Source of the DNA: Azolla caroliniana
Lineage: Eukaryota > Plantae > Polypodiophyta
Assembly (NCBI GenBank): GCA_043228905.1
Contig: JBHGNT010000708.1
Location: 1 to 17,073, forward strand
Direction: 5' to 3'
DNA: 17,073 bases
Below are positions 9,790 through 17,073 of the stretch, in pieces. Under the pieces are notes generated by a model, which was not told the origin of the DNA, did no database searches, and was given only the letters and a program-made list of their open reading frames with translations. The position numbers and the translations under genes were made by a program. Each line of letters opens with the position of its first letter. Positions within the stretch are counted from its first letter, which is position 1.

Positions 9790-11715
9790 ATTAAAGTCAA
9801 AAATTACTTCGGATATTTAAGAAAGAAATTCAAAGCCACGGCAAGAGAGCAAATGATGCGGTTTTCAATATTACAAAGCAAACATTAATTTTGAATTGGT
9901 TAGCCGGGTCTTTAGGTGCGCCGTCTTCACACTCGTAATCAAATAATCGCCTTTTTGTTTAGGATCTCAGAATATTAATCGGAGGAAACGAAGTGTCATA
10001 GTCGATATTATCGGCAATTTTTTTGGCACCTTCCAAAATATCATTAAAATCTTCGTTTGTTCTCATATTGAATAAATAAGTTTTCGTCTGCTCCAATATT
10101 AAAACGATATTAGATAGAGTAGAATCCGATTATTTTAACACATGTTTCCATGTCCAAATAAAACAAATAAATTTAATATATACATTAATGGTATTTTCTC
10201 ATCTATTGATGTAATTGAGGGGACGATTTTTTGTTTTGCTGATGATTCAGGGGTGATAATTAGTGGAAAGGATTGGCAATCCACCAAAAGAACTGCTGAA
10301 ATGACAATTCATAAAATTAAAAAATGGTTAGACATAAGTTTACCATCCCTAAATGTAGAAAAACCCAAGTTTATGGCCTTTTCTTTCTCTCCTCGTTCGT
10401 TGCCTGATTTCCAGGACTTGAGGATGCACAACTCTAACTGTGATTTGGGTGATCAATGTTCATGTGATAATTATATTGAAAGAAAGTTTTCCTTGAAATA
10501 TCTAGGTATCTATATAGATGAAAATTTTACATGGAAGGAACACCTTGAATATATTACAGGGAAAATTAATTCATAAGTTTTATGAACTAAGAAATATTTT
10601 AACACTAAATACTTTGAAAATTGTCTATTATGCCGTTGTAGAATCTGTTATTAACTATGGTATAGTTGTGTGGGGTAATGCGGGTTCTACGATTATGACA
10701 AAGCTACAAATAGCACAAAAATGGATTATAAAAGTAATGTTATGTAAATATAGCAGATATCCTACCGAATTAGTGTACAAAGATAGTCAGTTACTAAGCC
10801 CAAATCAGTTGCACATAAAATCAATTATTAGGTTAATGTTGAAAAATTCACTATATAAAGAAAATATTAAACACGGGATAAATACAAGAAATGTTGCTCA
10901 AAATAATGTACTTCTTCAAAATCCTAAGCATAGTTTATGTCAGAAACACATTTATTGTGTTGGGCCTAAGTATTTAATGCACTGCCACCTAAATTAAAAA
11001 CAGAAAAATACCAAAAGATTAAAAATGAAATAAACAAATGGATTGTTGAAAGCAATTTTACAATTAATTATATAACATAGAATAGATTTAAATTGTTAGT
11101 AGGTAAATCTAGTCAGATCCGTCATTATTAGGTAAGCTGTTGAAATGATAATATTATAATTATTATAAGTACCAAGATATTTCTCATGAACATGTAATTA
11201 TTTTTAAGATCTTTTTCATTTTATAAGGAAGAGAGTGCACACACAGTATTCTGAAAACCAGGCTGTAGTAGGGTCACAGTAATGAATATTTTGTTGTTTG
11301 TATTTATATGGTTGTATCTCTTATATTTATAGGTAGAGAGTAGAAAGTTTTATTTTTTTAAAATAATTTAGTTTATAAATTGAAATTGTGAACTCTTACT
11401 ATAGTTTTAATAAATAAATAAATAAAATAAATAAAAATAAATTTAAACAACTTGATTTTAAGGGTAAAGAAATTACCATATTTCTGGTGTCAGAGTCGCT
11501 CTTATCAGAATAAAGTGCAAATAAAGCATCATATATTTTTCTCAAATTGTATCTAGGAATTTTCAGAGCATTGATACTACTTTTCCATCTAGTACTACAC
11601 AAAAGAATTAATGTTGGGATCTCGTCTTTTAAAACGTTCCAGCGTTTTCCACTAAATTTAAGCTATGGAACCCACAAGACACGTAAAAAGGTCTAGGGTT
11701 TAATTCAAGTCCTCT
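9790..11715 (-). mobile_element. hAT transposase remnant (Tip100/ZMYM1-like), internally deleted and interrupted by a LINE; boundaries approximate
   Basis: Minus strand: LELNPRPFYVSCGFHSLNLV (CxxH at 11665-11676), KRWNVL, STRWKSSINALK...IYDAL, IKLFKFI|CFIWTWKHVL, then MRTNEDFNDILEGAKKIA...KRRLFDYE...NQFKIN. No TIRs found. Confidence 0.85.
10177..11434 (+). mobile_element. 5'-truncated LINE (CR1/L2 group) with (TAAA)n tail and 12-bp TSD
   Basis: Begins at the RT 'IYIN' motif; FADD at 10235-10246, LNVEK, KYLGIYIDENFTWKEH, VYYAVVESVINYGIVVWG. Tail at 11408-11434. TSD AAATAAATTTAA at 10165-10176 and 11435-11446. Confidence 0.92.
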
Positions 11716-11972
11716 TAAATCTCCCAAACAAATGTTATGAGCCTATAAAAATTCAATTAAACATCGGTTAAGCCTTGTCCTATCGAATCTGATATTGAAA
11801 TAAATTCCAAAAAGTGCTTCATAATTTCTATTTGTTTTGGATTTATTATTTAACTCTTTCCAGCCCAAATTACTATTTTTGAAAAAAAAATGTTGTTTTG
11901 TTTCTAGTAGATCTATAAACACAATAGAATGTTTAAATAGCATTTTTTTTTAATAATAAACAAATTGTAACT

Positions 11973-11992
11973 ATGTTGCCAAATGGCAACAT
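11973..11992. repeat. piggyBac internal palindrome copy 1 (near the transposon 3' end)
   Basis: ATGTTGCCA-AA-TGGCAACAT, 9-bp arms. Confidence 0.9.
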
Positions 11993-12102
11993 TTGAATAA
12001 TATGACCAAATATCGGTTCAGGTTCAATAGGGCTTTTTTTAACCAAAACATTATTTATATCAGTTAAATAAATTAATAAAAAGTATTTTATAGATTTATT
12101 TA

Positions 12103-13300
12103 TTAGTATGAAACTCTACAAAACAGTTTTTTCTGTCATTTAAAATAAATAGGTTTTACATTTTGAGTATTTTATTCGGGAATATCCATATTTACACCTG
12201 TTTTTATTTTTTATATGTTCTGGCCAATGCCCATACTAATCAAATCGAATGTCTTTAGTACGCGAAATATTGTGTTTATTTTGTTTATTGATTTGTTTTC
12301 TATTTCCGCAGATTTTGTTAATTTGTTTGTTACACAGCAACAAACTGTTCGCTATTTTTGAGCGAAAAATAAGGAGCGTTGTGTACTTTTTCTGTGTTTG
12401 CATCATATGTCTTCGATATAAAATCCATGCGTTTACGATGCTTAAGTCAATTATATGAATGGCAATTTGTAGAAAAAATCTTTTTGCACGAATATTTATT
12501 CTATATAACTCAACAAACATGTCCATTAAGTCGACTACTCCCACAAAATGTTTATATTCTTTTACTATGGTAGGACATCCGATGTCAATATATGATTTTG
12601 TAGCACCTGCCCATCGTTTTGATGTACTTTCTGTTTGAAATCCAACGTATGTGCTGGGTAAATGCACATATTTGTCGTCTAGCCCTTTGACTAAAACAAT
12701 GTCATTTTTGGTATCATATGATACATCGCTAGAATCTATTTTCAGTGTTTTCTCTGCCGGTTTCGAAGCTGCATCCAGGAAATCTATTGATCCGTATGGT
12801 GCCGATCACCAAATATTCTTGTTCTCTTAGCATTACCCCAAGTGAATGGGATGTAAACCAGTTTTCCATAAGTACTTTGAAATGTTTATTTTTAGGAAGT
12901 ATCTCTAATAACCTCAAAACAATATCTCCATTAATTCCCAAAATAGTGGTACGATCGTCAATAGTACTTTTTCTAGTATATATTTCAAAATCATACATAA
13001 AACCAGAGGAACCAGTAGTAGATCTTACTGAATTATCATTCAAGTGGAAAAAAGTCCGTAATTTATCAAATTTATTCCTTATATTATACGATACCGCTAA
13101 GAACATGAATTCCAAGAAACTATTTTAAATATAAATTCGTTTGGTCTACCATATTTTCAATGCACTCATCTTCAATAAACAATTTGAAATAGTCAAAAGA
13201 AGATAATTCATCAACTGGCGGATCTTTGAAAATATTGGTATATGTATGCGTTCCTGGATTCATGTCTTTTCTGGTGTATTTGGCCTCATCTCTTCGTGTG
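12103..13300 (-). pseudogene. piggyBac-type DDD transposase remnant; start approximate
   Basis: FDYFKLFIED..IENMVDQTNLY; SGFMYDFEIY; KVLMENWFTS (DNWFTS); GTIRINR; CPTIVKEYKHFVGVVDLMD; DLSIVNAWILYRR; C-terminal DIRFD*YGHWP...RCK...KC...NCFVEFH. The region with the first catalytic Asp appears deleted; stops and frameshifts present. Confidence 0.9.
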
Positions 13301-13488
13301 CCTTTATTATTTACAGTTGTTACATTATTTTCTTTATCATTATTTAATTTATAGAAAGCATTTTTGGTAATAATTTAAATAATAATTGAAAGTAACTGTA
13401 TAAATATCAAAAATATTGTGGTAATTTGAAAAACACGAATAATATGTTACCAGGAACAAAAAAAACAATTTTACATTGCATTTTCCCA

Positions 13489-13508
13489 ATGTAGCCAAAT
13501 GGCAACAT
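13489..13508. repeat. piggyBac internal palindrome copy 2 (upstream of the transposase)
   Basis: ATGTAGCCA-AA-TGGCAACAT, one mismatch from copy 1. Confidence 0.88.
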
Positions 13509-13642
13509 TTATTTTTTCTAAAAACTTTTGTAAGTATTTACAAATAAATTAAAGTTTTTATATGAAATCTTGTAAAACTTACCTTAGAAAGGTATATTTT
13601 ATTTTTTATTTCACAACACTATGTTTCACTGTAATAATATTT

Positions 13643-16070
13643 ATTTATTTATCGTATGGCGCAAATCACATAGAAAAAAAAAATAATAAGACAAATGAAG
13701 TTAATTAATTATAGATAAGACAAGTACAATATATAGACAAGGACAGATCTATTCATCACAAACAAACATTTAGGTTCCTAACATAATCAATTGCCCTGTG
13801 TGTCGCATTCAGAAAATCCTCGGGCTGTCCCACAAAAGCCCTCAGGGGGCACTCTTGGATGATGTGATGGACTGTTTGTCTGTTGGCTCCACAGTTCACT
13901 CCGCAGTTGGGGAAGGTATTTTGCCCCATTTGTGCAGAAAGTTTGCACATCGACCGTGTCCAGTCCTAATTCTGTTTAGGCCGTACCATATTCTCCGGGG
14001 TAGCGAGAAGCCCGGTGGTCCGTCCTTCAGGCTCAATATGGTGTAGGCCTGATCTGGTGCTTTTTCTTCCCATTCTTGCAGCCATGACTCTACAAGGCTG
14101 GGGTTGGTATTTTGCATGTTTTGGGCACTTACAAGAGGTGGGTTTCTGGATCGAAGCCGGTTTGCGTTTATACCGTCAGCTATATGGTGGATGGATAGGG
14201 CTTGTTGTCTGCGCAAGTGTGGAGGTGGAATATGACTCAGAACAGGTAGCAAGTGAGTAGGGGTAGATTTCAGTGTCTCGGAGATTATGCGGATGGTACG
14301 GTGTAGTTCTACATCCACCTTTTTATTATTTTATTATTTATCCAGACCGGGGAGCAATATTCTGCCGCGGAATAGACCAGTCCCATCGCGGAGCTGTGCA
14401 AAGTAGAGGCCGACGATCCCCATGAGGTGCAACAGAGTTTTTGGATAATGTTGTTTCTGGTTCTTATTTTTGCAGCAGTATTTGTAAGATGTTTGTTAAA
14501 GCTTAGGGTTCTGTCAAGGGTTACTCCCAGGTACTTTGGATTTTTGTTATATGGTAGAACGCTGTTGTTAAACCTGACTCTAAGTTCTTGGTGAGCCAGT
14601 CTATTATTAAGATGAAAGCACAACCAAGTGTAACAAAAAGTCTCCGTTTTTGTTACACTTGGTTGGAGCCTTCATTTGCGGAAGTAACTTCCAAGAGCTG
14701 TTAGGTCTCGAGCCAAAACGTCCTCGGTGACATCTATTATTGTGTGTTGTGTAGCTAAGACCCAGTCATCAGCATATCCAAATTTAAATGATGTTGTTGT
14801 CGGCATATCAGCAATATAGAGATTAAAAAGCAATGGAGCCAGCACCGATCCCTGCGGAAGTCCGTTGCTAAGTTTCATTTTCCGACTTTGAGCCTTTCGA
14901 GTAGCTTGTAGATCATGTAGTAGTAGCGCAATAGGACGGTACCTATGTGGTTGGTCGTAAAGTTTATTTGGTTTCAGGACAGCAATAATTGTTGCCTTTT
15001 TTTAGGGCACGAGGCATTGTTTCGCTTTGTAGTATATCGGAACAGAATTCTGCAAGCCATTTTTTAGCGTATTTCCCACAGTGAAGGAGGAACTCGGGGT
15101 GTATGTCGTCAGGGCCTGGGGCCTTTCCCGTCTTTACATCCACGAGAGCCGCTGAAATGTCTGCGACTGAGAAAGGCTGAGAGTATGGTGAGTTCATAGC
15201 TAAAGTCCGCTTGAGGTCCATCAGCTACTTTTTGACCTCACTAGTGTGGGCTTTATCTCTTGCGATAGCATTTGGTGAGATACAATGGCTCTCACGCAAG
15301 CTTGTACTTCCACCACCCAGCCTTCGCAGCAGATACCATGCTTTTCTGCTGGATCTTGCGAAGTCCAGCTGTTCAACGGTTTCCATCCATTTTGCTTGTC
15401 TAGCTGCATCTAAGCTGTGTAGCAGCTCGTCCTCGATTTCTGTATCACCACTTTCCAAGAACTGTTTGTATAGTTGATCACTTACTTCGTTCCAACCTGG
15501 GATGTATTCCTTTCTGTATCTAGGAATACTGGCTTTAGCTGCGCTAATTGCAGCACCGACAAAATTTTCATAGTTTTTCCTCGTTGGGGTTATCCATCCC
15601 AGGTATTTGTCGAGATTCTCTGCAAACTTGGGCCAGTTGGCTTAATCCACATTCAATAATCGCAGGACGGGGCTGGGAATGAGGGTAGTCTTCGGTAATC
15701 TTACGAGTTGTAGGTAGAGGTTGTGCATTACTGTCAAGTGTAACATAACATAAATCAGGACAGGTTTCAGTTCCCCACGCTGCGGATCTAAAAGTGCACC
15801 GGTCCTTGGCATCAAAGATTAAGTAGGCATTATTACACTCTGCCCATTCTACTAGGTCTTCACCGATCGTATCTGAGGTCCTATACTTCCATAGTTCGTG
15901 GTGGCTATTAAAATCTCCAACATATATGCCGGGATGCTCCAGAACTTGAAGTGCCTGAGGGGGCTTATAGATATTACTTATTGTTATTTTACCAACCTTT
16001 ACAATAACCTCATGAATATCACCAGCATCAGTTGCGGATCTTAATATTGCATTATCTATTTCTTTATGAC
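13643..16070 (-). mobile_element. 5'-truncated, internally deleted I-group LINE (Vingi/Ingi-like) nested in the piggyBac; 11-bp TSD
   Basis: APE motifs NIYKPP and GDFNSHH; ANW..F...AAKASIP..RKEYIPGW; KAPGPDDI; YRPIALL; GLPQGSVLAPLLFNLY; YADD (14765-14776); YLGVTLDRTLSF; TRNNIIQKL..TSWG; C-terminal C.CG..QTVHHI..C knuckle; no RNase H seen. Ends in ...CGCCATACGA(TAAA)n. TSD TAATAATATTT at 13632-13642 and 16071-16081. Confidence 0.88.
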
Positions 16071-16278
16071 TAATAATATTTGGCACTAAATAAGCAAAAT
16101 ATTGGAGCATTGAATATCCGTTACAATGTTGATTTAAAGTGCTAAGAAACAAGTGAGCATCGCGGTTTTTTGCATTCCAATATATGTAATGTCATCAATT
16201 AAACTTTTTTAGAAACTATTACTATGTGTAAAATTTAAATTGGGTAAAAGAGATAACTGTAATTTAATTTTTCAAATA

Positions 16279-16296
16279 TGTTGCCATATGGCAACA
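16279..16296. repeat. piggyBac internal palindrome copy 3 (1 nt from the 5' TIR)
   Basis: TGTTGCCATATGGCAACA, a perfect 18-bp palindrome. Confidence 0.9.
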
Positions 16297-16737
16297 ATGG
16301 GCTGGAAAGGCTTAATTAAACAAACCTAACCAACAACAGTAAACTAGTCTTTATGACTTACATCAAAAGTCGAATCTAAAATAATAGAAATATATTTTCT
16401 AGCTTTTAACATATATGATTTGATTTCATGTAATATTTTCTCTCCCAGTGGGGAAATTAGTTTGTTTTGAATATGAACACCTAAATAATAAGGCATACTT
16501 GATCGAGTCCCTTTAAGCTATTAAAAAAAAACTAAAATAATAATTAAACTTTGCCGTTCTGTATGTCAAAAACAAACCGTTTTGATGTTGTGTTTATTGG
16601 CACTTTCCATTTTTGAATAATCAACATCCCTTCTAACGGTCAAGTATGTTTTCAGAAATACCCTGTACATGATAAAAAGTAACTGTATGAATATTGTTGA
16701 GCGATTTAACCAGGGTTACTAAACCTGTCTATTTTAG

Positions 16738-16907
16738 ATATTTCACCGATTATGGAACTCCGAAATCTCTTCAAGATTATGAAGAAGTAATGTATAGCGA
16801 GAATGGAAAGTTTCTTATGGCTCACAATGGTTGGGTCATGAACTCAGATCCACTAAAGAACTTCGCTGCTTGTGGATCCAAGACGTATTTTCGGAGGGAA
16901 CTTATTG
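16738..16907 (+). CDS. AGL: Glycogen debranching enzyme, internal exon C (170 nt, phase 2/1)
   Basis: Acceptor attttAG (16736-16737); donor G|GTAAAC (16908). Translates YFTDYG...FLMAHNGWVMNSDPLKNFAACGSKTYFRRELI, containing the highly conserved AGL motifs FLMAHNGWVM..DPL.NFA and RRELI. Confidence 0.95.
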
Positions 16908-17073
16908 GTAAACAATAATAAACCATATAAAAGACAATAGCAGATATTTCAAAGAACACAGTTGTAGTGACGTGAAATAATCCTGGTATTTTTTTTCGGC
17001 CATAACATCGTTCCACTTTTTAATGTTTACTTTAATGAGACAACCAGATCTTGACTAACTAGTTAATATATTA

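Larger units (their letters stand above)
11854..16311 (-). mobile_element. piggyBac-like DNA transposon (PGBD2/3-like transposase) with both TIRs and TTAA TSDs; non-autonomous; hosts a nested LINE
   Basis: TTAA (11850-11853) + CTCTTTCCAGCCCA (11854-11867) at one end; TGGGCTGGAAAGGC (16298-16311) + TTAA (16312-16315) at the other; 12/14 inverted match. About 2.0 kb once the nested LINE is removed. Confidence 0.92.

Noticed and set aside
11768-11776. TTAAGCCTT as an alternative piggyBac end
   Set aside because: The match to the other terminus stops after 5 nt past TTAA; 11854-11867 gives a much longer TIR match.
12103-13300. Domesticated PGBD gene or an AGL-transposase fusion like CSB-PGBD3
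   Set aside because: The transposase is antisense to AGL, has stops, frameshifts and deletions, and the element retains TIRs and TTAA TSDs.
15568-16152. 194-aa ORF as an intact endonuclease gene
   Set aside because: Chimeric: the first ~27 codons come from piggyBac non-coding sequence and the TSD; the rest is a 5'-truncated APE domain ending in a frameshift.
16437-16460. Small hairpin TCTCCC-AGT-GGGGA as a Helitron 3' end or terminator
   Set aside because: Short imperfect stem, no CTRR terminus at the expected distance and no other Helitron evidence.
16694-16737. N-terminal extensions of the ORF-track entries at 9469 and 16694, and the TTG start at 3395
   Set aside because: These are not real starts. 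The extensions are intron sequence before the AG acceptors, and exon A begins upstream at 3309.
1-17073. A prokaryotic RT-based system (retron, DGR, group II intron, CRISPR-RT) suggested by multiple RT ORFs
   Set aside because: The RTs are APE-type non-LTR retrotransposon RTs with tails and TSDs inside spliceosomal introns. There is no operon structure, CRISPR array or ncRNA cassette.

Overview
Eukaryotic, AT-rich insect genomic DNA (beetle-like, by inference). Three + strand exons of a glycogen debranching enzyme gene (AGL) lie at 3309-3636, 9483-9659 and 16738-16907; they have GT-AG sites and splice into one stop-free frame. Roughly 85% of the window is intronic transposable-element sequence, much of it nested: (1) the 3' end of a CR1/L2-group LINE abutting a decayed BED-finger hAT transposon; (2) a near full-length PHD-ORF1 CR1 element between two halves of an older antisense LINE RT; (3) a 5'-truncated LINE with a 12-bp TSD inside a Tip100/ZMYM1-like hAT remnant; (4) a TTAA-flanked piggyBac-like element with both TIRs and three internal palindromes, carrying a nested Vingi/Ingi-like LINE with an 11-bp TSD. 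Every TE coding region is disrupted. I see no convincing new biological system. The best leads are the cis-architecture of the piggyBac element, the resolvable nested insertions and the LINE 3' stem-loops. Family assignments come from remembered motifs, not database searches.
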